This document shows positions 43,601 to 50,026 of a stretch of DNA of 64,000 nt, piece after piece. The stretch comes from Candidatus Woesearchaeota archaeon (GTDB lineage: Archaea > Nanobdellota > Nanobdellia > Woesearchaeales > JACQSR01), in contig JACQSR010000008.1 in NCBI GenBank assembly GCA_016211215.1, positions 6,546 through 70,545 of the forward strand, given 5' to 3'. The notes beneath the pieces were generated by a model, which was not told the DNA's origin, ran no database searches, and worked only from the letters and a program-made list of their open reading frames with translations. A program made the position numbers and the translations under genes. Position 1 is the stretch's first letter. Each line of letters begins with the position of its first letter.

Positions 43601-46485
43601 CCATCACCGCAGGTTGCTGCCCTGGCGCAGTATGTTGTATTGAAGCCGCATGCGTCGCATTTTAATGTCCCGCCTGTGAACGTGTCAAAATCATTGCAGG
43701 TTAAGCCCCTGAGATTTGAGCCGTCACATTCCTCGCCTGTCTCAAGTATTCCGTTGCCGCAGAAAGAATTGCAGCCTGTTGTGTTCAATATGCATGTATT
43801 GTGATAACACGAGAGGGTTCCATCATAAAATCCTGCTTCAGCGCAACTGCCAACAGCACCAAAAACGCCTGCCCCTAAAGCATCGAAATCGCATTGCTCT
43901 GGAGAGTCCACATACCCGTCACCGCAGAAAATATCATGACAACCGCTTGTATCAAATGCGCATGTCTGGGTGTTGCATTTCAAAGTCCCAACATCGAAAT
44001 CCAGTTCCTGGCAGGTGTCTGTGTCGCCGAAAATGTAATCTCGGCCTGAAAAGGAAAAGGGCGCGATATCTGCAAATCCAGGGGTGTTTGAGTTTCTAAG
44101 GCGGAATGTGCTGTCTGAAGGCCTGTAAACCCCGATTGTGTCTATGCCATCTCCATTCCAGTCACCTGCAAGGGGTACATCATCTGCATTGCCAAAATCT
44201 ACATTTATATCCGGATTTCCGGCAGTATTGGAATTTCTGAGCCTGAAGCTTATTCCGTGACGAACTCCTACCGTATCAACACCATCTTTATTCCAATCTC
44301 CAATCACCGGCAGATCTCCGGATGTGCCATAAATAAATCCAACAATTAGTTCTTCTGTGTCTGCATTTACATTCTTTAGATAAAATTCGCTTGTTGACGG
44401 CCTGTAAACCCCGATTGTGTCATCACCATCTCCGTCCCAGTCGCCTACAACTGGAATGTCCCCCGCTACACCATAAGCAACCTGTATGTCCGGATAGCCA
44501 GCATTGTTTGTGTTTCTTAGCATGAAAGTGTTTGTCAACGGGGCGTAAATCCCAATTGTATTAGTTCCATCGCCGTTCCAGTCTCCGACAACAGGAACAT
44601 AGGTTTGAACTCCATAGTTAATCGTTAATTCCGGGCTTCCGGGTGTGTTTGAGTTTCTCAGGAGGAAGTTCATGGAGTTTTGAGGGTCGTTCGGAATTGG
44701 CTTGTAGAGTCCAATTGTGTCTATGCCATCATTATTCCAGTCGCCTGCAACGGGGAATAGGTTATAATAATCGCAATCTTCATTTGGGTCTAAGTATTGG
44801 TCTCCGCATACGCTTTCCTCGCATTTTGGAGTGGTTGAATTCCACCAGCACCCTAAATTGCAGTTATCGCCTGTGCAAGATAACTCATTTGTATAGTTGC
44901 CGCATTCGGCTCCAGTGCAGTCTGTGCATCTGTTTGGCCATATTAGACTGTAAACAAAGAGGCAATTCTGTCCAGCACAATCAACCGTGCATTCCTGGTA
45001 ATCGCAGAAATTCCAGACTCCATTGCCGCAGTCATCGCATGAGGTGCAGATGCACGCAGTGTCTGGCTTGCAGTCTGGGTTGTCGCAGTTGGGGCAGCCG
45101 TTTGAGGAATTTATTTCAGGACATTGAGGAATAGTATTAGGGCACTGGTCGCAGTAGTTGCTTATGCCGTCCATATCAGAGTCAAAGCTAATCCCCCCCG
45201 GAAAAGATGCATCAACAGTTATTGTAAATGTATCCTGGGCAGTCAGACCTCCGGTATCCCTTACCTGAACTGTAACATCAGAAGTTCCCTCCTGGCATGA
45301 CTCTCCTGGAGCACGGGCAGGCACAGAGCAGCTAAGATAATTCTGGTCAGCTGAAACCTGGCAATTCACAAGCGCGGGGTTTGTTTGGCTGACAAGGGTG
45401 AATGAAAGCTCGGAGGGCAAATCCTCGTTATCATTAGCTGAATTGCGCAAGTTGACAAAACCGGGATACGTCTGCCCTGAACCCGCAGGAGCGTTTACGT
45501 CCGTGATGGTTATAGTGGGCGGAGTATTTTGAACAACATTCACTGCTGTTGGCCCGCAAGTCTGCCCGAACCACCTAACATTTTCCTGAAGCATTTTCCA
45601 CCTGCTTGAATATGTTCCGGGTGTTAAAGGCGCAGTAATGCCAAACTCGAATGTATGCTGCTGGCCTGGTGCAACATTCGCAGAAACCCTGTCCCTTGCG
45701 ATACCCCACCGAAAATTGTCCTGAGGGTCCTGGGAGCCAAGCCTGTAGTTTGCTGCATCCGTCCATGTTGTACTCCCTGTGTTTTTCATCGTGACTGAAA
45801 CTGACTTCGTGGAGCCTGTTGAAATTGAAGCCGGTATGGTGTTGCTTACGCACTGGGAATCATCCGTAATTGGTGTATAGTCTACAAGGAGATATACCGG
45901 ATAGCCGCCGGAATCACCGCCTGTTGTTGTTGCACTCATAAAATAATAACTTGTAAGCTCGGGATATCTCCAAATCCTAAATGAGGATACCCAATTTGGG
46001 TTGATTACTGCATTATTTTTATCCAGCACAATGTCTTTGTAACCTTCGGAACTGCACACCAGGGTTCCAACTTTTGGCTTAAGGACCGTCCATTGACATG
46101 CGCCAGTTGCAGGGATGTACGGATTAATCGAGTCTATGTTAAGGGAGGTTGCAGTTGTTGTAGGCCACTCGTTTGGATTTGGACCTACAAACTTCTGGCA
46201 GTAAATCCTCAGCGTAAGGGAGTTCAGGGTGAATGCATCGGGCAGGGATGAAGTATCAAACTGTACAAAACCTTCGGTAAGCTCATTCTCACTTGGAGTA
46301 TATCTTGCCTGTATGCGCTGGCATCCATTTATGCTGAGAGTGCTCCCGGCAGTGCCTGTGCACCATCCACCGCCACTGCACGAAGCAGCATTCTGTATCT
46401 GGACAAAATCTGCATAAACCCCAGAAGTCAAGATAACTAACGCAAGAACAAGTATTGCAAACCTCGCCTTTTTCATCCACACCAT
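40642..46485 (-). CDS. giant (1947 aa) secreted cysteine-rich modular surface protein with FG-GAP/VCBS-like repeat blocks
   Basis: Sec signal MKKARFAILVLALVILTSGVYA/DF. NBR1-FW-like Ig domain (TMKNTGSTTW..RWKM..RWFG). Ig-like domain (PPTITITD..TFTITVDA). TSP3-like DSDMDGISNYCDQCPN. Several Cys-repeat families. Two blocks of GDW(N/D)GDG.DT.G.Y repeats. Own TATA (RC of GCTTTTAAATAACT at ~46519-46532). Confidence 0.9.
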   Translation of the reverse strand: MVWMKKARFAILVLALVILTSGVYADFVQIQNAASCSGGGWCTGTAGSTLSINGCQRIQARYTPSENELTEGFVQFDTSSLPDAFTLNSLTLRIYCQKFVGPNPNEWPTTTATSLNIDSINPYIPATGACQWTVLKPKVGTLVCSSEGYKDIVLDKNNAVINPNWVSSFRIWRYPELTSYYFMSATTTGGDSGGYPVYLLVDYTPITDDSQCVSNTIPASISTGSTKSVSVTMKNTGSTTWTDAANYRLGSQDPQDNFRWGIARDRVSANVAPGQQHTFEFGITAPLTPGTYSSRWKMLQENVRWFGQTCGPTAVNVVQNTPPTITITDVNAPAGSGQTYPGFVNLRNSANDNEDLPSELSFTLVSQTNPALVNCQVSADQNYLSCSVPARAPGESCQEGTSDVTVQVRDTGGLTAQDTFTITVDASFPGGISFDSDMDGISNYCDQCPNTIPQCPEINSSNGCPNCDNPDCKPDTACICTSCDDCGNGVWNFCDYQECTVDCAGQNCLFVYSLIWPNRCTDCTGAECGNYTNELSCTGDNCNLGCWWNSTTPKCEESVCGDQYLDPNEDCDYYNLFPVAGDWNNDGIDTIGLYKPIPNDPQNSMNFLLRNSNTPGSPELTINYGVQTYVPVVGDWNGDGTNTIGIYAPLTNTFMLRNTNNAGYPDIQVAYGVAGDIPVVGDWDGDGDDTIGVYRPSTSEFYLKNVNADTEELIVGFIYGTSGDLPVIGDWNKDGVDTVGVRHGISFRLRNSNTAGNPDINVDFGNADDVPLAGDWNGDGIDTIGVYRPSDSTFRLRNSNTPGFADIAPFSFSGRDYIFGDTDTCQELDFDVGTLKCNTQTCAFDTSGCHDIFCGDGYVDSPEQCDFDALGAGVFGAVGSCAEAGFYDGTLSCYHNTCILNTTGCNSFCGNGILETGEECDGSNLRGLTCNDFDTFTGGTLKCDACGFNTTYCARAATCGDGIIDPAEQCDFNILTGQPIYGAGSDQCTDFDTYLGGTLSCIPADYENECLINVSLCTGITPGACGNGAINLGEQCDGTQLGGLACTDFDSFSGGALSCGTDCIVDTSGCTRAATCGDGIIDANEECETVNNILLFGDGSNSCTDLGFDYGALGCNDCGLNISTCRYCTGLADGCCSSNSSGICDPDCTEVADPDCTNCLPTPGNCCNDLGNNGCDTDCPAGKDPDCSTTCLPTADDCCDDTDDTPNQCDPNCDSGVDPDCPPNCTPMPNDCCNETLDYICDTDCVPLIDPDCIGCENTPDNCCLPENDTVCDVNCQQDYDPDCGNCTPIAGDCCNASDDLICDEDCPRGANPVDPNCAPELCDAGKTLCTTGDCCYNCYTCDTGFAPCDYDSACEVGESCTCSDCDSEQDSCLDGLSCDYLAGICVDGPQCPVGTTLCSDGTCQSDCGNNNLGCISAVNGGTSGCDEGESCDCDDCNGQQDSCASGLVCDYGVKTCVDGPPCTAGTTLCYNSTTQLYSCSSDCGSEYPGCINDIQNGICETGEGCDCSDCSLQNDTCIYGASCNPELELCTKPCIAGTTLCEDGKCCSDCGNCGGNLGCNDDDNSVDTIGLYNLLEGKFYLRDSNTAGSSDQTFSFGDVNPNDLTPISGDWDGDGISTVGLYNESSRTFSFSDDSGQAYLSFTYNPDPAADRAYLWPIAGDWDGDGYYTIGIMNILDGVFYLRNSNSEGGADLEISIPLSSAGLPVIGDWNGDGKDKPGVYVYGERKFILRVSESSSLEIVFGSGVPMDEFPVAGDWNGDGIDTIGLYNASVSEFRLKNSNDEGPEDMRFRFGGSIYTVPIVGDFNGPCDPGESCACIDCDLEQDSCVENSACYYPLKTCVEDGCLAQGLNPDNNSCLCNIMGVLEAGLNAGVCDIHNETFCYSTSYAGNSGYAKCCGNNGINDSWVQFESGDNLDDILVEDTCIEGEWYVRQNAGVTTYDVTTTE
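41068..41805 (-). repeat. FG-GAP/VCBS-like repeat block 2 (about 5 units, cysteine-free), aa 1561-1806
   Basis: ISGDWDGDGISTVGLY, IAGDWDGDGYYTIGIM, VIGDWNGDGKDKPGVY, VAGDWNGDGIDTIGLY and IVGDFNG. Confidence 0.75.
41806..42531 (-). repeat. three and a half ~70-aa repeats C.(A/V)GTTLC ... GE.C.C.DC...QDSC..GL.CDY....CVDGP, aa 1319-1560
   Basis: QCPVGTTLCSDGTC..GCDEGESCDCDDCNGQQDSCASGLVCDYGVKTCVDGP and its neighbours. The fourth unit stops after PCIAGTTLCEDGKCCSDCGNCGGNLGC. Confidence 0.7.
42532..43101 (-). repeat. six ~27-34-aa six-cysteine repeats C.P...(D/N)CC(x7-9)CD.(D/N)C(x4-8)DP(D/N)C, aa 1129-1318
   Basis: For example TNCLPTPGNCCNDLGNNGCDTDCPAGKDPDC, PPNCTPMPNDCCNETLDYICDTDCVPLIDPDC and IGCENTPDNCCLPENDTVCDVNCQQDYDPDC. 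Confidence 0.75.
43102..43938 (-). repeat. five intact ~50-60-aa CG(D/N)G...E(E/Q)CD cysteine repeats (myxococcal cysteine-rich-repeat-like), aa 850-1128
   Basis: FCGDGYVDSPEQCD, FCGNGILETGEECD, TCGDGIIDPAEQCD, ACGNGAINLGEQCD and TCGDGIIDANEECE. Each is followed by C.DFD...G(T/A)L.C...C......C. Confidence 0.7.
44032..44757 (-). repeat. FG-GAP/VCBS-like repeat block 1 (5 units, cysteine-free), protein aa 577-818
   Basis: Units begin VAGDWNNDGIDTIGLY, VVGDWNGDGTNTIGIY, VVGDWDGDGDDTIGVY, VIGDWNKDGVDTVGV and LAGDWNGDGIDTIGVY. Each is followed by F.LRNSN..G. Confidence 0.75.
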
Positions 46486-46540
46486 CTTTTTTAAGGTTCT
46501 TTAGAATTTCCCGGCTTTTGCTTTTAAATAACTTTCCCTT

Positions 46541-47464
46541 TCAGCCCAATGAAGGCACGGTGAAATCTATTTTGCCTGCACCTGAGCACTTGCTTTCGTC
46601 GTTCGCCCAGGAAATGTCCTTTTCACCGGAAACAAGGCGGATAGTTTTGGCGGCCCTGCAATCATCGACAGAAATTTTCCTTGAGCCGGAGATAGTGCCA
46701 TGCGACTGGCCGTCTATGAACAGGTTGCCGGCAAGCTTCTGGCCCGTGTCTTCGGCGTAGAAGTCAAGAACCACCTCAGTTATTCCCACTTCCTTCCTCT
46801 TGATAACATAGGTTATTTTTTTTGAGGAGCAATCGCCGGGATATGCATCAGCAATGTAAACTTCATCACCCTGCTTGAGCGCAAGCTGGCTGGCGTTGCT
46901 GCAGAAGTCAAGCGGCAGGCCGGAAAAATAATCACCGGAGAACTCCCCTATTTCGGCACCGTTGTAGAGAACCTTGCCGTACATAAGGTCGTTTGTCTCT
47001 GAATCCACAAAAGCAATTTTTGGCGGAATGGTTCTGTTGTAGAAAAATATGGCCACGATGGAAAGTATCAGCACTATTGCAATAACAAGCAGCCAAAACT
47101 GGGGCTTTTTCCAGTAAGACTTTTTTTCAATGCCAACCGGGTTCTTTGCAGGAACTTCCTCGGCGATTTTTTTGGGCTCTGCATCATCAGACTCCGCTTC
47201 TTCATCAGCACTCTGCTGTGTTTCCTGCTTTTCCTCTTCTTCGGACTCCTGGGTTTCTTCATCTTCCTGCGTTTTTTCGTCTTCCTCGAGGGTTTCAAAG
47301 ACAAAGGAACGGGTTGGGGTTTCCGGAATTGGCTCCGGGGGCTCTATGGGCTCTTTGGATGCCTGCAAAAAAAATTCGTCAATCAGCTTTTTCTTTGAAC
47401 CCCACTCCTTATCAGATGAGTCCTGCGCCGGCTTTTCCTCTTCAAGAATGTCATCTTCCACCAT
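46541..47464 (-). CDS. single-pass membrane protein with acidic cytoplasmic N-terminus and extracytoplasmic domain
   Basis: Glu/Asp-rich first ~115 aa. TM FWLLVIAIVLILSIVAIFFY. Lies between the peptidase gene and the giant gene on the same strand. Confidence 0.55.
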   Translation of the reverse strand: MVEDDILEEEKPAQDSSDKEWGSKKKLIDEFFLQASKEPIEPPEPIPETPTRSFVFETLEEDEKTQEDEETQESEEEEKQETQQSADEEAESDDAEPKKIAEEVPAKNPVGIEKKSYWKKPQFWLLVIAIVLILSIVAIFFYNRTIPPKIAFVDSETNDLMYGKVLYNGAEIGEFSGDYFSGLPLDFCSNASQLALKQGDEVYIADAYPGDCSSKKITYVIKRKEVGITEVVLDFYAEDTGQKLAGNLFIDGQSHGTISGSRKISVDDCRAAKTIRLVSGEKDISWANDESKCSGAGKIDFTVPSLG

Positions 47465-47485
47465 GTCCCTTTTCGGGAAAAGCTA

Positions 47486-48373
47486 CTATATAAATGTTTT
47501 TAATAGCAGGAGTATATAATTCCTAAATACCAGGGCGCAAATGAATGCCAAAAAAAAGCTTGGCACAAAGGGTATGCCCTCCTTTACCATTATGCGCCTA
47601 ATCTTGCCGTTCATTTTGAGCCTTAGCAGGGCTTTAATCTGCCTTTTCTCAATCCCCAAATCCTTTGGCCCGCATATCCTTTTTCCGTTGATTATGACCT
47701 CTTTGGCAATCCAATCTCCTTCGGTAAGCTGCTCGGGCTTTACCCATTTTTTCATGCACCCGTTTTCCATCGAGCGTATAAAGACCCAGAGGGGAAAAAC
47801 CAAAACAAGGGCAGACGGAAGTATCAGAAGGGCCAAACGCATATCCTGAGTTGAGAGAAATGCCAAAATAAAAAGAAAAATGGCGAGCAGGGAGGCTGAA
47901 GCCGAGATATAGATAAAATTTTTTCCTGCAACAATCTTTTTCGCTTCGCGCTTGACTGCCCTGAAGTTTTTAATGCCAACCGCAATGCTCCATACAACGC
48001 CGTATATTGCGCCAACAAGCAGCAGGCTTACCAGAAAAGACAGCATGAAAGTATCCATTGAAGCCCTTATGCCAAACAATGCCCCAAGGCCCATGAGAAG
48101 CTTTGAATCTCCGCCGCCCCACTGGCCTGAGTAGTACATCCCATAGGATACAAGCACAAACACCAGCAGCCCGACAATGCTGTAGCCTATGAAGCTAAAG
48201 TCATGGTAAATCAAGGAAAGCAGTAAGTTTATACCTAACCCGGTGCCGATTAGCGCAAAATTCAGGGAGTCCGGAACTTCCCTTGTCCTGATATCCGATA
48301 TAGAAGCCACCAAAAGCACAACAAAAGCTATTGCAATAAGGATTATTTCTCCAACCGCCATGACCTTCCCCAC
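47486..48373 (-). CDS. A24-family prepilin/preflagellin peptidase (PibD/FlaK-like)
   Basis: First catalytic Asp region VASISDIRTREVPD. Second in WGGGDSKLLMGLG (GxGD). Multi-TM, with an extra C-terminal soluble domain. Confidence 0.8.
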   Translation of the reverse strand: MGKVMAVGEIILIAIAFVVLLVASISDIRTREVPDSLNFALIGTGLGINLLLSLIYHDFSFIGYSIVGLLVFVLVSYGMYYSGQWGGGDSKLLMGLGALFGIRASMDTFMLSFLVSLLLVGAIYGVVWSIAVGIKNFRAVKREAKKIVAGKNFIYISASASLLAIFLFILAFLSTQDMRLALLILPSALVLVFPLWVFIRSMENGCMKKWVKPEQLTEGDWIAKEVIINGKRICGPKDLGIEKRQIKALLRLKMNGKIRRIMVKEGIPFVPSFFLAFICALVFRNYILLLLKTFI

Positions 48374-48405
48374 GTGGGCAAAGTATATAAAGGTTCTTTA
48401 ATTGA

Positions 48406-49134
48406 TTGCATGCTGACATGCTCGAAAAAGTAAAGGATATCCTGGGGATGGAAAACGGAGAAGTGAATATTCCGGGGCACATTGGAATCTCAACTTCCGG
48501 AATTGAGCTTTGGGCAAAGGAGAACGGCAAGGGACTTGATGAGGCCAACAAAAAAAGCTTCGCCAACATGCTTATGGTTCTACGGGAGCAGATAAGGCTG
48601 AAGATACCTTATGTCACAATTTACCTGATGAGGGAGGACATGGACAAGGAGGGCAGCCATTTCAAGGTGCTTGTTGATTCAATTGTGGAATTTTTCCCCA
48701 TGCTCAAGGATTTGGAAGAGATACACTCCAACAAGGTAAAGGTGTCAATAATCGGAAAATGGTACAATCTGCCAAGCAGGGTTGTTGACCCGATAAAAGA
48801 GGTTGTGGAATCTACACGCGACTACAACCAGTTTTACCTGAATTTTTGCATAAACTATGACGGGCAGGAAGAGATGACAGATGCGTGCAGGCTTATTGCA
48901 AGGCAGGTTGCCGCTGGAAAGCTGCAGCCTGAGTCAATTTCAAAGTCCACCATTAAGGAAAGCCTTTATTCGTCTTACTTTCCGCCCCCTGACTTAATCA
49001 TAAAAAACGGGAAGAAGCGCTCCACCAGGGGGTTTTTGCTCTGGGACTCTGCCGAGGCAAGAATTCACTTTTCTGAAAAGCTATGGCCTGATTTCACGAA
49101 AAGCGATTTTGAGAAGGCGCTGCATGAGCAATAG
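48406..49134 (+). CDS. cis-prenyltransferase (UppS)-fold protein with degenerate catalytic motifs
   Basis: Colinear with UPPS: HIGISTSGIELWAKENGK (vs HVAIIMDGNGRWAKK), LNFCINYDGQEEM (vs IAANYGGRWDI), PDLIIKNGKKRSTRGFLLWD (vs VDLVIRTGGEHRISNFLLWQ), LWPDFTKSDFEKAL. The DGN(G/R)R Asp and several other catalytic positions are substituted. Confidence 0.7.
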   Translation: MHADMLEKVKDILGMENGEVNIPGHIGISTSGIELWAKENGKGLDEANKKSFANMLMVLREQIRLKIPYVTIYLMREDMDKEGSHFKVLVDSIVEFFPMLKDLEEIHSNKVKVSIIGKWYNLPSRVVDPIKEVVESTRDYNQFYLNFCINYDGQEEMTDACRLIARQVAAGKLQPESISKSTIKESLYSSYFPPPDLIIKNGKKRSTRGFLLWDSAEARIHFSEKLWPDFTKSDFEKALHEQ

Positions 49135-49177
49135 TCGAAATCTTTAAAAAGCGGCCCGTTTTTCTCCCGCTAACCTG

Positions 49178-49205
49178 TGAATGATGATGGCGCAATGCCA
49201 GAAGG
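49178..49205 (+). promoter_or_regulatory. possible K-turn-like element in the L7Ae leader (weak)
   Basis: TGAATGATGA-TGGC-GCAAT-GCCA-GAAGG: a box-C-like UGAUGA, a 4-bp GC stem flanked on both sides by GA (potential tandem sheared G.A). TATA-like CTTTAAAAAG at 49142-49151. The outer C-stem pairs poorly in my hand fold. Confidence 0.2.
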
Positions 49206-49238
49206 AGGGGTTATTTCTAACCTCAGAAGGTGAGCAAA

Positions 49239-49556
49239 ATGGCTGAAGAATCAAAAGCGTATGAAGCAATCGAGATAGCAAAGGCTACCGGTAAACTGAA
49301 GAAGGGCACAAATGAGGTTACCAAGGCGCTGGAGAGGGGCATCGCAAAGCTAGTTGTTATTGCAAAGGATGTCACCCCAAAGGAAGTTGTCATGCATCTT
49401 CCGATTATTGCAAAAGAGAAAGGAGTTCCGTGCGTTGAAGTACCCTCAAAAGAGGAGCTTGGCGCGGCTGCAGGACTTGACGTTGGAACCAGCGCAATTG
49501 CAATTGTTCAAGAGGGCGATGCAAAAGACCTTATCAAGCAGCTCGGTGGAAAATGA
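49239..49556 (+). CDS. rpl7ae: 50S ribosomal protein L7Ae
   Basis: [25 protein letters not shown] and the rest are typical. ATG at 49239 is preceded by SD-like GAAGGTGA. The track uses the GTG at 49230. Confidence 0.95.
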   Translation: MAEESKAYEAIEIAKATGKLKKGTNEVTKALERGIAKLVVIAKDVTPKEVVMHLPIIAKEKGVPCVEVPSKEELGAAAGLDVGTSAIAIVQEGDAKDLIKQLGGK

Positions 49557-49855
49557 AGGAAGAGAAGAAAGAAGATAGAAGGCCCCAAAGACAGCAGAGA
49601 ACAGAGGAAGCGCCAAAGGGCCAGGCGACATTCTCGTATGCTGTTCCAGCTAGTGTAGAGGAGATAATAGGCAGGACCGGCTCAAGGGGAGAGGCAATTC
49701 AGGTGCGCTGCAAAGTTATAGACGGAAGGGACAAGAACAAGGTTATGAGGAGAAACGTCAAAGGCCCAATTCAGGTTGGGGATATTCTAATGCTCAGGGA
49801 GACTGAAATCGAGGCAAGGCAGCTGAACAAGGCCGGAAGAGGCAAGCTGGGATAA
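49553..49855 (+). CDS. rps28e: 30S ribosomal protein S28e with ~30-aa basic/acidic N-terminal extension
   Basis: [61 protein letters not shown] overlap with rpl7ae. No alternative start is evident nearer the conserved core. Confidence 0.9.
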   Translation: MKEEKKEDRRPQRQQRTEEAPKGQATFSYAVPASVEEIIGRTGSRGEAIQVRCKVIDGRDKNKVMRRNVKGPIQVGDILMLRETEIEARQLNKAGRGKLG

Positions 49856-50025
49856 TGGCAAAGTGCACTTTCTGCGGAAGGGTAATCGAGCAGGGAACAG
49901 GCAAGATTTATGTGCTGAAGGAAGGCAAAATCCTGAACTTCTGCTCTTCAAAATGCGAAAAGAACCAGCTGAAGCTCAACAGGAAGCCCATTACAACAAA
50001 ATGGTCCCAGAGGTACATAAAGTAA
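49855..50025 (+). CDS. rpl24e: 50S ribosomal protein L24e (unlisted, 56 aa)
   Basis: Hand translation: [58 protein letters not shown]...C..C zinc-ribbon pattern typical of L24e. TAATG overlap with rps28e. The track ORF 49863..50057 is the wrong frame. Confidence 0.9.
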   Translation: MAKCTFCGRVIEQGTGKIYVLKEGKILNFCSSKCEKNQLKLNRKPITTKWSQRYIK

Positions 50026-50026
50026 A

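Noticed and set aside
42532-44028. Regularly spaced DNA repeats inside the giant gene and the 11-bp repeats at 59.3 kb, considered as possible CRISPR arrays
   Set aside because: The repeat units are in-frame protein repeats or 11-bp motifs without spacers of 25-50 nt. There are no cas genes and no leader.
40671-46480. About 20 track ORFs of 60-170 aa on both strands inside the giant gene (for example 41730..42239 +, 42785..43159 +, 43716..44099 +, 44643..45134 +, 45575..45853 -)
   Set aside because: All lie within or antisense to the single uninterrupted 1947-codon frame. Their translations are low-complexity Cys/Ser/Arg-rich shadows of the repetitive coding sequence, with no independent start context.
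40642-46485. Diversity-generating retroelement targeting the giant surface protein
   Set aside because: No reverse transcriptase gene in the window. I saw no template/variable repeat pair differing at adenines near the 3' end of this or the other surface genes.
49178-49240. Box C/D sRNA hypothesis for the UGAUGA-containing sequence upstream of rpl7ae
   Set aside because: No CUGA box D or C'/D' set at appropriate spacing. Only CAGA and UGAG are present. It is kept only as a weak K-turn-like leader candidate.
49553-49650. N-terminal ~30-aa extension of S28e as a mis-called start
   Set aside because: No ATG, GTG or TTG lies in frame closer to the conserved core, and the ATG forms an ATGA overlap with rpl7ae like other coupled genes here. 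It is kept as annotated, and the extension is probably real.
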